A stretch of 44,167 nt of DNA from Cyanophora paradoxa CCMP329. Taxonomy: Eukaryota > Plantae > Glaucophyta. Both the position numbers and the translations under genes were made by a program. Of the stretch, positions 11,564 through 23,566 are shown piece by piece (the first letter of the stretch is position 1; the number at the start of each line of letters is the position of its first letter). The stretch lies in the NCBI GenBank assembly GCA_004431415.1, contig QPMI01000397.1:1-44167 (forward strand). The letters are read 5' to 3'. The notes below the pieces were generated by a model that did not search any database, was not told where the DNA came from, and was given only the letters and a program-made list of their open reading frames with translations.

Positions 11564-11970
11564 ACCCGTGCCGCCTGATCTACTTTTGACTGCATCAAGC
11601 TTGTACCGCAGCACGTGCACCGAAGCACGCGCAGCCCGTGGGCCGGATTGGCCCGTACCGCGTAGCTTTTCCTCGCGATCCAGCCTCTGCTCGCAGCCGT
11701 ATCGCTGCGCCGACCTCGGTGGCGCCCCAGCCGCTGTCCCTTCGCGCCGGGCGGTTTTGCGAGCTGACTAGCTCTTGCGAGCGCATCAGCGGCAAACCGA
11801 TCGCGAGCGTTCGAGTTGCGAATAACAAAGAGCGGCGCGTGTGCAGCTGCAGCGCGTGAACAGTGAGTAAGCGAGATCATTGCGTGCACGAGAATCCGGG
11901 CGTGAACTGAGCTTCGGCACTGAGCTTAAGCAAGAGAAAGCGCCTCAGCAGCCAACAAGAGAAAGTTAAC

Positions 11971-12423
11971 ATGCGACGAGGGCGCAAAGTTGCTGCAGAG
12001 CTGCCTGAAGGCATCGTTGAAGGCGAGAGCATACAGTTAGAGCGTTGCGGCACTGGGGCTTGCAACGGCGGGCTTTGCCTGCTTTGCCCAGCCGCGGCAC
12101 GCAATCATTTCTGTAGGCGCGAAAATCTCTACCGGCACGTCCGCGCCCAGGCTCTCGAGCCAGAGCGCGCTGCACGCGCCGCCGGCTCGATCGATACAGT
12201 TCTCGAAGACGAGATGCATGACACCCTTCCGTTTCCGACTGGCGCCCGTTTCACGTGCGTGTGCTGCAGCCGCACTCACGCATTCCTCAGCCTGACGTCG
12301 ACACCAAGAGTAGCGAGAGAAGCTGACGCCGGCGCAGTCGCGAGGACCTCGAGCACAAGTGCAACGCGTCGAACCAGGTGCGACCGCCGAGCGGCCTCCG
12401 TCTCTGAAGTCAGCATCATCTGA
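11971..12423 (+). CDS. Hypothetical Cys-rich protein with a C2H2-like zinc finger
   Basis: CLLC-x7-FCRRENLYRH fits C-x2-C...F-x5-L-x2-H, but the last His is missing. A second CxCC cluster lies downstream. Gene structure is uncertain. Confidence 0.35.
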   Translation: MRRGRKVAAELPEGIVEGESIQLERCGTGACNGGLCLLCPAAARNHFCRRENLYRHVRAQALEPERAARAAGSIDTVLEDEMHDTLPFPTGARFTCVCCSRTHAFLSLTSTPRVAREADAGAVARTSSTSATRRTRCDRRAASVSEVSII

Positions 12424-12446
12424 ACCATCCGCAGCTCCCCTTCGCG

Positions 12447-13237
12447 ATGGAGGTGGCCGACAGTGTCTTCCGCTGCTACGTGATGTCGCGGCCGGCTTCG
12501 GGACCGCGTCTGGCTGTTGGGGGGCTCGTCGTTGCCTCCGCCGACGACGCCTCCTGGCTCGGCCTCGCGCTCGGCCGGCTTTCTGCGGGCGCCGTCGCGC
12601 TTGTGCTCCCGCCGGACGGATACCGGCACGCCGCATCCACCTGGCCGTCAGAAGCGGCCCCCGACGTCGCCGGTCTCGTGTCCGTGCTCGGAGCGGCTGA
12701 GAGGCCCCTAGGCCTGCTCATCCTCGTCCGCGAGCTCCCCGACCGGCCTGGCTTCCCCCCCATCCGCGAGGAGGCCGTCGCCTTCGCTTTAGCAACCGTC
12801 GAAGCACTCGCGGCTGCGCGGCAGGATCGCTTCGTCGTTCGCTTTGTCGGGTGCGCGAACATTCATTCAACTGGACTGCCCATATCTAGATCTCACCTCT
12901 GTTTCATGATTGCCACGGCAGACCTGCAATCGAGGACCTCCACATGGGAGTCCTCACGCGCCTCCGAGACGCCGGCCTCGTGGATATCGAACTTCAAGAC
13001 CTCGTCTACCAGATGCGCGGCGGAAGCGAGCAGCGCGCCAGCCGCGTGGCTCTGCAGGCGCTCGAGGCGGCGGGCCGCCTCACCATGCTCTCGCAGCAGG
13101 GCCCTCTTCAGGACCGGCGCCGCTGGCTGCCGCTCACCCGCACGGCCGACTTCCGCCCCGACCCCCTCCAGGCGGCCTGGATCGCCTATGTTTACGGCGA
13201 GCCCTCTGCAGACAGCATGCGCACCATCATTTTTTAG
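12447..13237 (+). CDS. Two-exon hypothetical protein (~240 aa)
   Basis: Intron GTGCGC...GGCAG at 12851-12921 joins exon 1 (...VVRFVG) in frame to PAIEDLHMGVLTRL...MRTIIF*. No family recognised. Confidence 0.65.
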
Positions 13238-14122
13238 CCAGCTGTTCAAAGTTAGGGGTAGGCCGTGCGAACACAGTTGATGCGCAGAGTTTTTCCGCCC
13301 CAGAACAATCTTTCATATACAGTGCACTCAATCTCGAAGTTCATTCAGGCTTTTCTTTATTCGGTTAGATCGCAGCGTCTGCTTATCAGCCCTTTTCTAC
13401 TCTTTACAATCACATATAATTTGTCTCTATCTTTACTACTTCAATTGCAACCTGCCGCGCGCGCTGGGCCGGGGTCGATCTACATCTGCCCCGTGCATGT
13501 TCGTGCCACTACTACTCTTTCATTAGATCCAGATTCCCCCCTTGCACCCCCGGCGCGCCAAAACGCGGCCGGGCCACTAGTTATAAGATACGTATACTAC
13601 AGATCTAGCTATAGCCTAGTAGAGCCCTACGGAGTCCAGTAGTGCGGACCATATTATACGCCACGCGTACGGTACTACGGGCAACCGTACGCGTGAACCT
13701 GCAAGCTGCGGCCTGTAGCTGAGGGCCTGAGGCCCTGAGGGCAAAGCACAAATTAAACCTAGAATTCAAAATACCGCGATTCATGATTGAACACTTACAT
13801 TGGGCCATTATATTAGTAGGCATTCCCGACGAACTCGAATTAACTAGTATATATCATTACCGTAGCCGGCCCATTATTTTCGGGTTCTGCATGCGCGCAC
13901 GTGCTCTTTACATATCGATCCCAATCATGCAAGTTTCCCAACTTACAAATTTGTAAGATTCCGAACGTCCGAGCGTCAACGCTGCACTACAACAACTTGC
14001 GCTGCAGGCTGCAGCTGATCTAGGGCAAAGCACAGAGTCGCCACAGACCTAGAAATGCCGTGATTGCAGTAGTATAGTTACGTACTACAGTGCTAGAATA
14101 CGTAAAGCTTTAAGCCTTAAAG

Positions 14123-14386
14123 ATGAGCAGCTGTAGCAGCTCTTTCTCATCAGCGTCTACATGTCTCCTGTTTGGGGTGCCTGTCTCGTTGGAAGCGGCA
14201 ATTGCGCGCATCCGCGCGGCGGCACGAGCGGCAGCGCTAGCGCCGGAGACATGCGCAGCGTCAATTGAGAATTCGAACGTTACACACGATCATTCCATTC
14301 GAAATGGAGAAGACGCTGACGAAATCTCCTCGGGGTTCGACGCTTCTGACGCCGGCGAAGGTATCTCCATGGATTGCAATCTGCAG

Positions 14387-14436
<50 letters not shown>

Positions 14437-15158
14437 GCAGCAGCACCAAACTAATTTAATGCTGATCATGAAGCTTCGCGATCGGGTGCGCGCAGGTCCA
14501 GAGGGCTGGCTTGCCATCAACAGCGAGGAGGCGGACGCTGTCCTCGCCCGCGCCGCCTCCGACGTCGACGCGGAAGTGGCATCATCCCTCGGACCCCTCG
14601 CCCTTTGGGAGGTATGCACGCGTGATGCTCTGAACTCTCATGATCAGCTGCAGTTGATTTAATTAATTTTCATTTTCGTGCGGGGCGCGCGCAGGAGTAC
14701 GCCAGTGGTAATGTTGCAATTGACACCGGAATTCGAAATGATGACGGCTGTGACCCTATCCTTGGCGTGGATCCGGAGCCGGATGCTGGAGCAGCTAGCT
14801 ATAGCTCTACAGTTAGCGTTAACGTTCCCGATCCGACAAGTCTGCTTTCCAGGTCTGGGGTGCATTCAAACGCGGGTCAGCGCCTTGTTGATTATGAAGG
14901 CCACCATGCGCAAGGGACATCAGCTGCTTTGGTATGCATATACGTACATGCGGTATACATGATTACAATTAATATTGTGCGAATAACAATAATCTTTAAG
15001 GCGACTTCTGTGATCATGATCAGGAGGGCTGTCAGGGCCCTTGGTGTGCACCCCCCCCAGGAGCATTTGCTTCAATTCCCGGAGGGATTGTTGTATATGG
15101 TCATGGTGCAAGGCAGGGGGCGGCGAGCGGGGCGCTCCTTGGTGGAACAAATACGTAG
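14123..15158 (+). CDS. Four-exon hypothetical low-complexity protein (~240 aa)
   Basis: Exons 14123-14360, 14496-14611, 14695-14931 and 15024-15158. GT-AG introns have consistent phases and are AT-richer than the exons. No family recognised. Confidence 0.5.
14388..14436. repeat. Compound (TG)n(TA)n microsatellite in an intron
   Basis: Directly visible run. Confidence 0.95.
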
Positions 15159-15613
15159 GCACATGCACCGGGCATGGCAGCGGCCAGGCAGGCAGTCCCT
15201 GGCAGCCGATCCTGGCATAGTGAACAGGAGCCCGGGGCGCGGCGCCGGCGAGCTAGTAGCGTAAGAGGTCTTTGTATCATACATACAAGTGGTTCGTGTG
15301 GCCGGGCGGGCTGCGCGCGCGCTGCCCTGGACGCGCGCCCGTCGAGCGTGCGGGCGCCAGCTCGGGCACTCAGATGCATGCCGGCAGCGCTCAAACCTAC
15401 CACGGATGCGATGCTAGGTCGCTGAAGATGCTGCGCGCGCCCGACGCGGCCCAGCACTCGGTTTTGACGACAGCGTCAAGGGAGGGGGGGTGCAGTGAAT
15501 TTTTCGACCGCGGGAACAGCCGGCGGCAGACCGCCGGAGAGCCGCCCCAGCCGGCCAAAACAGCGATAGCCTAGTGCACGGAGCTGCGGGCGCTCATTGC
15601 GGTTCGCCTCGCA

Positions 15614-17821
15614 ATGAGCGGCTTCGAGATTTACATCGACCCGGAGATTCTGGAGGAGTATGTGGCTCAGAAGAGAAAGGCGAGGGAGATCGTGGCTCTG
15701 CTGCACGAGGAGCACCAAATCCAGATTTCGATGCGCGCCCTGCGCTACAAGCTCAGCGACCTCGACCTCTCGACGGACTACTCTCTCTCAAAGGAGGCAG
15801 TTTACGATGTCGTAGAAGAAGCGGCGACTTTGTGCGGCGACGGATACGGCTACGACGCGATCCGCGGGGCGCTCAGGGCCGCGGGCATCACTGTGGCGAA
15901 GTCTAGGATTCAGCACGCCCTCGCGGAGCTGGATCCGACGGGACGCAACGTTCGCCTGGGCGAGTTCGCGAAAAAGCGCAGGTCCATCCACCGCTCGACC
16001 TTCTACGGGTCCGCGCCGCCACGCCGCCCGTGCCGCACCGCCGCGCCGCGCTGACGCACGCCTTGTGCGCAGGAAGTTCTTCGGCTGGAGTGTCGGTTTC
16101 GACCAGAACGAGAAGGCGGTGCCGTACACGAACGTCTACATCTTCGCGGCCGTGGAGAATACGTCCACATTCATCCTGGACTTGCATTGCGGGCTTGCTC
16201 GCTCCACTATACAAGGCTACAAACTGTACAAGTGCGCGCGAGGGGCACACGCCTCGCAGCTGCGTGCTCCGTGACCCAGAGCTGCAGGTCGGTCGTGGAG
16301 GAGTTCGGGGTCTTCGACACGGTCTCCTCGGACTGCGGCGCAGAGAACCGGCTGACCTGGACAGCCCACGTGTGCTCCCTCCCACTCCTCTTGCTCACCT
16401 GCGCCGCACCTGACCCCCGGGGCGCGGCCACCGAAAGGCGCTCGTGCTGGAGGAAACCGAGCGGCTGATCGACGAGGAAATTGCGAAGGGCAACATCACG
16501 GACCCCACCACCGGCCTTCCCTGGCGGAGGCTCAACTTCGAAGATCCAACGACCTGCGCGACGCCGTCATGGTGGGCCCATCCTACCGGAACCCGAAGGT
16601 CGAGAAGAATTGGAGGTGATGGACACGCCCTCTCCCCCACGCATTCCTTCTGTATTTGCTCTCTCCGGTAACACTCCATGGGCAGGTGGGTGAATGTCAA
16701 GGTCACGAAGCCCATCGTGGATGCGGCTGTGATGCTGGAGATGCTCGAGTGGTACAACAGGTGCCCTTCGTGCGACCCGCCAGTCGATGACAGCTACAGA
16801 CCATGATGGCCATCCCTATGTACATGTTGGAAGGCTACAATCAGTTACTTCTGGCTGAGACTTGCCAAATTAAGAGCTCTTAATTTGCATGCGTGCATTC
16901 GAATTCACTTGGCATGCATGCTTATTATTCTCCGCTTGCATTCAGACTCGACCCTCAACAGCTGTTTGCCATGGCGAAGGCGACCATGTACGTGATGGAG
17001 TACGGCCTCGCCATCGCGAAGAACAGCTGGAACCACCACGTGAATTCAGGCTCCAAGGAGACGGGGGGGCAGAACGGCAGGCCAGACTGGTGGTATGCAC
17101 TGCGGCACCTGTTCCCTGTTCTTTAAATTGTGCTGGTCCCAGCTCACTGGGCCGGGTGCAGGCGCGAGAACATGAACTACATGCGGCCTCTGATGTTCAA
17201 CCTGCCAGAGTGGACGGAAATGAAGGATATCCACAACCAGAGGGGCGGCTCTGTCAACGGCTCGGTCCTTGACAGCCGCATGAAGGACCCCGTTGAGCCC
17301 GACTTCGTCGTCTTTGACGAACCCGCACGACTCTCCGGTGTGAAATTACCTGCCCCGGGCACTCCCTTCATTGTTTATCAAGCTTCCTCACGCTCAGGAT
17401 GCTGCGGGACGAGATGTTCAAGGAATGCAATGAGGACTTGAAGGAGATCTGGAAGCATGTGGTCAACTTCGGGCGGGAGTATGATGAGGAAGCTCCGGGG
17501 GTACGTGGACGCATTGCGGAGCAGTACTCCAGCAACCCCCTTGGAGGGCTCCCCCGGCTCTTCTTGTTCATGCTGCAGCTGAACGAGCAGCTTTCCGACC
17601 TGCACCTGTACGATGTGTCCATCCCCGGCTGGATGCAGTGGGTGCACGACGCACCCGCCAACAACGACGCGCCCCGTGCCCGGTCAATGCAGGGGATGGG
17701 CTTCTTCCCACCGGACGAGTACCTGCTGGAGCCCCAGGAAATGCGTGCAGCTTTCTTTTATTATGTGCACAATTTCGATCCCCTCGTGCGCGGCCCCGGG
17801 CCCGCTAGGCTAGCCCTCTAG
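15614..17821 (+). CDS. Multi-exon eukaryotic IS3/IS481-like DDE transposase/integrase (IS3EU-type integrase-core family) with N-terminal HTH
   Basis: N-terminal HTH region (IQISMRALRYKL...GYGYDAIRGAL...RIQHALAELDP). Spliced motifs FYG/KFFGWSVGFDQNEK (D1), FGVFDTVSSDCGAEN (D2), SYRNPKVEKNWRWVNVKV (E) and later SWNHH...GRP match the 'DQNEK...DxGxE...NxxVERxW...WNxH' family. Introns 16009-16072 and 16232-16287 splice in frame. One -1 indel near 16545 (CC for CCC) is probably read error. Confidence 0.85.
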
Positions 17822-18209
17822 CGGCCCTCTAGCCCTAGCTTGATATAGCTAGCTCTGGCTATGTCTAATGAAACGCTCTCTCCTGCTCGCACTGGGCGGG
17901 AAAGGAAATGGAAACATCCACATACAGCAAAGTGACATTGACCTAGGCCTAGAGCTCGGGATGAACATCCAGAGACAGAACTACCTTCAAGCTTCACCTC
18001 GGCTGCAGCCAGCCTAGATGCGAGCAGCTCCCCGACAATACCTGCAGCTCGAGTGAGTTTCCAAATGCCTGCAGGTGCGGGGACGAGCGCAAGGACTCGA
18101 TGGGGCGCACGGGGCTCAAGAAGAGGGGGAAGCGCGGCCGATGCAGACGCGCTTGCGTGCGCGCTTTCGCCACGCAGCCGTGGGCCCTTCCGCGACTCCG
18201 GCGATCGTA

Positions 18210-20751
18210 ATGCTCCCGCCAGGCTTGCCGGAGCGCGCGCCGAAGCCGCAGCGGGACGCCACCTGCGGTATTGACGCCATCGTAAATGGCCCGTGCGGCG
18301 CCGCGGGCGGTGCACGGGCGCTGCGCCGGCGATGGGATCGCAGTCTGTGTGTGTACCGTAGGCGGATGCGAGCCTCGGGCGTGCCTATTCGCAGCCCGCC
18401 GCGAGGAACAGGTGGTGTTGCCAACTGGCACGCCCGAGCGAGGCGGCGCGGGGCGGGGCTGGGCGGCGCCCAGGTCACTGGCGGCTCGCTCGCGCCGAGC
18501 TCGCTGCAGGAGCGCTCGGCGGGCTCCGGGATGGCTGAGTCCGGTGTACCCGGAGAATTGGGGTACACATCGAAAATGCGCACGCCGCGTCTGGCCTCGC
18601 CGGCGCAGCTCAACACACCCCAAAAGGCGCGCCGTGAAAGCTATATAGCCGAGCGTAACCACTGGATCAAGTACCGTCACGCGGAAGCGATTGCTGACTG
18701 GGCAAACGGCGGCTTTGAAGGACCGAAGCCGCAGCCGCCGGCGCCACCGAGGACCTCATAGCTAAGACAGCTGTTGAGGACAGCACCTGCAGACAGCTGT
18801 TCGCTGCGCAGCCCGCCGACCAAGACGTCGACGCCAGCCAGCAGCCAGCGCCAGCCACCGCCATCAGCTGCAGCCCGCCTCAGAAAGCGACCGTTGACGT
18901 GCACGATTGCGCTCCGCACTCCCCCTCGCCCCGTCGCCGGAGCCGATCGCCCTTAGTGCAACGGTCACTGCGACGTGCGTTGCCCGCGATCCGTCGCCAT
19001 CCGCGCTGATGATACCTGTACAGGAATGAATCAGAGCTAACTGAAAACAAGGCTGAGGAGGCGGCGCCACCCGCGCCGGCTGCGTCGCCGGATGTGCCTG
19101 GCCGTGTGCCCGTGTTCCTGTTCTTCGTTCCAGTCGAGTGCGTGCTCTGCTGCTGCACAACAGTTGTACCAATCTCTTACAGTCGTGCGGCGCCCCTAGG
19201 GTCGATCCTGTGCCGCCCACGCCCGCTCCTGCTGAAGAAGTTCTCTGCCCCCCCACGGAGGAGGAGTTAGCCGAGATGGCGGCTATGGACTTGTCCGAGG
19301 GCGCTATACAGGAGCTGAGGTCTGCAGATGCTGCTGCATAGCAGATGTTTTTGCTGACAGTCGTGAACGTGCAGAGCACGTGCATCAATTTCGAAGGAGG
19401 ACAAGGAGGCTGTTGATCTTCTGATCGGGATCAATGCAACCTGCTCAGTCTGTTTGAGCTCAGTCCAGGATCCTGAGAGAGGGCTCCCTGTGACGGTGGC
19501 CGACAGCGAGGGGAAGATCTGTTCCCACAAGTTCCATGAATCCTGCATCATGGACCTGCTGAAGCACGGGAGGCCGTCCTGTCCTGAGTGGTACATACTA
19601 ATCCCGCCCCCCCCCACCCACCCCTGTGACAGTACCCTTTCTGATCTCTTTACAGTCGCATGGATATCCGCACTGTGGCAAGGCTCAGCGGTGAGAGAGT
19701 GAAGACCATCTCCGAGGCTGAGTTCAAGGAGTGCAACCAGCACTTCCACGATGACGTCGGCCTTCAGGCAACGGAGGCTTTAATCATTGCGGAGGCAGTA
19801 GATGCGGGCGCAGGTTCTCAGTCTCAAGCACCCCCTCTCCCCCTCCAGACTACCGCAGGCAGCCTGGACGGCGATGGACTTATCGTTGCCTCGTCTGCGG
19901 CGAAAACTTCCCCAACTACCACAGCCACCCCTACTTGTGCTGCCACAACAAGGAATCCATCTGCCAGCACGAGCCGGGCGGCTGCGGGCGGTCGGAAGAG
20001 GCGTGCATCAAGCGAAAGCACGTCAGGGAGAGATGCATGAACGCCTACCACCCTGAATGTGTGAACTTCGTGGTCGAGAATGGATTCAAAATGATGGAAT
20101 ATCTCTGTGTGTCCTTTGCATTACATTCGCGATTCAAGACCTCGCTAACGTTTTGTGTAGGCCTCGCCTGCTGCTGCCAGAAATGCCATTTGGCCGGATC
20201 GGAGGATGATCCCTCTCTGAATGGCGAACTCCTCATCTGCGATGGGAGGGCGTGCGGCAGGGCGTGGCACGTCGAATGTGCTGGTTTTTCGGATGCCACC
20301 ATACCCGAGGGCAAGTGGTACTGTGCGTGCCTCTGGATACTGGATGTTCATGCATCGCATTCCTAACACATGCCTTTTAGGCCTTGAGTGCTCGGAGTCA
20401 AGGGAGAAGAAGAGGAGGAGGAAGGAGGAGCGGCGGCAAGCGATGCGGCGTGCAAAGGATGAGCGGCGGCAAGCAACGCGGCGTGCACAGGAGGAGCAGG
20501 AGGAAGAGGAGGAGGAAGAGGAGGAGGAAGAGGAAGAGGAGGAGCAGGAGGCGGAAGAGGAGGAGCAGGAGTCAGAGAACGAAGAGAACGAAGAGCAGCT
20601 GAAGCAGAAGGAGGCGTGGGAACAGCGGAAGCGGCTCACAGCAGCGCGCGTCAGCGCCGCCCCACTGTCGGCACAAAGAGAGTGCGCGAGGCGAAACAAC
20701 GCCAGGCGGCGGCCCTCGCGAAGATTGCCCAGCACAGGCAGCGCACTGTAG
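18210..20751 (+). CDS. Multi-exon RING-H2 plus tandem PHD finger protein with Glu-rich and basic C-terminal tail (5' end uncertain; core 19370-20751)
   Basis: CSVC...CSHKFHESC...CPE/C (C3H2C3 RING, ~19440-19660). A first PHD-like unit C...CMNAYHPEC. A second canonical PHD CQKC...LLICDGRACGRAWHVEC...IPEGKWYC/LEC. (GAG)n acidic tract at ~20490-20570. Confidence 0.8.
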
Positions 20752-20826
20752 AACGTGCCGTAGCGAGCATGAGAAGATAATCGCAGGCTTTGTATGCATC
20801 TGTGCGCACAATGTAAATATTTTGAT

Positions 20827-22766
20827 TCAGGGCTCAAGCTTGAGATCCTCGTCATCCCGGGCAGGGTCACAAACTACAAGAGCTAGCTTGCGGATCCGTT
20901 CCCTCCACTGCCTGATCCAGCACTCATTCGCACTTCCATCTGGTTTACTTGTGAGCAGCTGTGAGCGGAGAGCAGCCTGCACGTTGAGCTGGCTATCGCT
21001 ACATGTGGGGAACATGAGCGTGTACACAGCAGCCCAGATCCACACACCGCACTGGAGCAAAGTGCATCAGGAAAGACAATACAGATACTCTAGAAAAGAA
21101 CTCACATCGACGCAATTAAACTGAACAGCGTGGTCGTAGATGTTCCCCAGCACACTTACTCTATGGGAGTGGAGCATATCTGCAACCTTACCCAATGTTT
21201 TCGTCCAATTCATTGAATCGGCGAAGGTGCAGACAGTCTGACGTCCTTCTTTGCGGAGGTAGCCGAGAATCCTGTGTGTTGCATCAGACATCGATCTACG
21301 GAAGCAGTCTGCACGGCACACCAGTGTCCAACCTCACGCCCTGTGGGTGTCCTGTGATTTGTGTTGAAGCAAAAGAGCACATGCTTGCCCTGTCGAGCTA
21401 AGTCGACCAGCAGATGAATGTAGGCCGTGTTGTCGAGGAGGCCGAAGGGGCACGGGCTCTCCACATGCCACAGCGGGTTTCTCCATTGACTGCTGACAAG
21501 CATGAGAAGATAGATGCCTGAGGGCACAGACACACACGGAAGAAGTCGGTCAAAACCATTGATCTGAGACAGAACGAAGAACTGTACGTTTACCTGTCTG
21601 CACTTGAGAGGTAGTAAGTGGAATCTTGCCGTCTTCGGGGATCATCGCCAAGTCATCAATGACATTCCGCACATACTCTCGTACTGGTTTCTTGGCGTCG
21701 CTGATCTTCATCGGCTTCAGTTCCTGACGACCTGGCATGGAACTGTCAGTCAATTGCCATCAACTGTGCATTCTGCAGCATACCCGGCTTCTGGTCGGAA
21801 GCTATGCATTCCTCCCTTCATCCCATTCATTCCTATCGGTTGTGGCCGGTGTAGGATTTTCGATCTCGACGTCGACCACAGGAATCGACATGCCCACAGA
21901 GCGTAGAGCTGCTGCTCGGGCAGGCCTAATCCTCCGAGAAAGGGGCGAGACGGCGACGGCAGGGCGGGCGGGGACGGGGAGGTGGAGGCAGGAGGGTGGC
22001 AGGAGGGCTGGGGAGGAACGGAAGGAGGCGCGGGGGAGGGCGAAGGGAGAGGCGGAGGGAGGGGCAAAGGGAGAGGCGGGGGAGGGGCAAAGGGAGAGGC
22101 GGGGGAGGAGGTGCGGCAAAGGGAGGAGGAGCGGGGGGGAAACAACCCATCTGCCGCGGCATCTGCCGCGGGGGGGCTGCAGCGGGAGGGACAGCAACGA
22201 GCGCTGCGGCCAGGCGCAGCGGCGGATCCTTCTTGAAGGCGTCGGCAGCGAGCCGGACCAGGAAATCTCTCAGCGTCTCGCGTGGTGCGTCCTTGTACAC
22301 GTGCATGTAAACGGCTTGCACTTGCGCGAGCATTTGCACGCATGTGTGCATATGCGTGATCACAGGAGGCCCGCATACTCCGTTTTCCCATAATACACCG
22401 ATTCCGAGATAGCACACCTGCAGGCAGAGTCAGCGAACACCGCGCACGAGTTACCGCGGCGGGGCGCACGCGCGGCCAGCGATAGCCCCGATCCAAAGGA
22501 GGATCCTGCAGATCTCGCAGACGTGAACGACACGCTTCGAGCTATCTGTGTAAAGCTGGGTGTTGCGCTTGACTTGCTGCCCCGTCAAGGGATCGTACAC
22601 CTGCTTGCTGAACGTGTCCTTCACGCCGAGGATCATGCATGTCTGCTCCAGGTGCCGCACGCCGACGGGCAATCCTGTATCGGGATCCAGATCGTAAAAG
22701 CCGTTGGCTAGCCCCCAGCTCGGTTGGCCGCCGGCATCCGGGGCAGCACGATTCCTGCGCGCGGCC
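20827..22766 (-). CDS. Multi-exon Ulp1/SENP-like (C48, clan CE) cysteine protease with Pro-rich linker; 5'-truncated by the LTR
   Basis: Spliced catalytic motifs: FNTN...GHW/ILG (intron 21321-21272), FADSM, QFNCVD/CGVW, and C-terminal IRQWRERI. His, Asp, Gln and Cys are all present. The upstream reading frame (...WGLANGFYDLDPDTG...) is open up to the LTR boundary. Confidence 0.8.
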
Positions 22767-23021
22767 TGTCGCGTGCCGCGATTCCCTCGGATTAGGCTAG
22801 CCGGCAGTCTATGCGTAGCCGCTAGCCCTAGTCTAGTGCTATCGAGCAGCTAGCTCTAGCACTCTCTGTATTCTGACTTAGCGCCGGGCGCGACTCCGTT
22901 TGGGGTACGCGATCCCTGGACGGGTACACTTGTGAATAGACCACTTGTGCTCCCAGCTACAGCCCCAGCCCGTGCGTGACCGCACGGACGCTGCACCGGG
23001 TGGGAATCCTCTCATCCGACA
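22767..23021 (+). repeat. 5' LTR (255 bp)
   Basis: TGTCG...CGACA terminal inverted repeat. Identical to the 3' LTR except for one G in a homopolymer. Confidence 0.97.
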
Positions 23022-23032
23022 GGCGCCATCTG
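23022..23032 (+). promoter_or_regulatory. Putative primer-binding site GGCGCCATCTG (lacks the leading T of TGG)
   Basis: Lies immediately after the LTR CA and resembles Lys-tRNA-type PBS sequences (TGGCGCCGTCTG). The host tRNA is not available for checking. Confidence 0.45.
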
Positions 23033-23566
23033 CTCACGGAGCCAGAACCCCGATCATCAGCGACCCGTCATCAGCAACCGACCCAGCTCGGCGACCGCGG
23101 CTCAGCCGGCGCGCAGGTAGACCTCAGCAGAGGTCGTGGGTCGCTTCTCGCGCCCCGCCTGCGCCGCTCCGGGCTGATCCGCAGTTGGCGACCGAACATT
23201 CTGGAAAGAACCAGAACTTAGTCCTGCGGATCCAGGAACGCGCGCGAATACCGAGGGATCCCCGTCCCGATCGGATCGTCGCCGTTTCCTGAGCGAGCTG
23301 CGTGCGAGCCCGTGGGATCATTCCTGATCGGTCGCTAGTCACTCGCCGCGACGCCAGCCTTCTCCGGCTGTTGCGATCGTGCTGGACAAGACGAAGAGCG
23401 ATCGGATCGACGGCTGAGGCGTGCGCGCCCGAGCTGTCTCCGGAATCGCCGCAGCCGAGCTAGTGAGCTTGCTCGCCGCTGCTGTGGACCACGACGGCCT
23501 CGGATCTCGAGCGAGGCACATTCTCTCACGGAAAAGCGTGGCATTACGTCGCCGCTTGACCTGAGA

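Noticed and set aside
20827-21540. Polinton adenain-type maturation protease belonging to the right-hand Polinton
   Set aside because: The gene contains introns, has the Ulp1-type QxNxxDCG motif, and is not contiguous with the Polinton (no TSD and no integrase remainder on this side).
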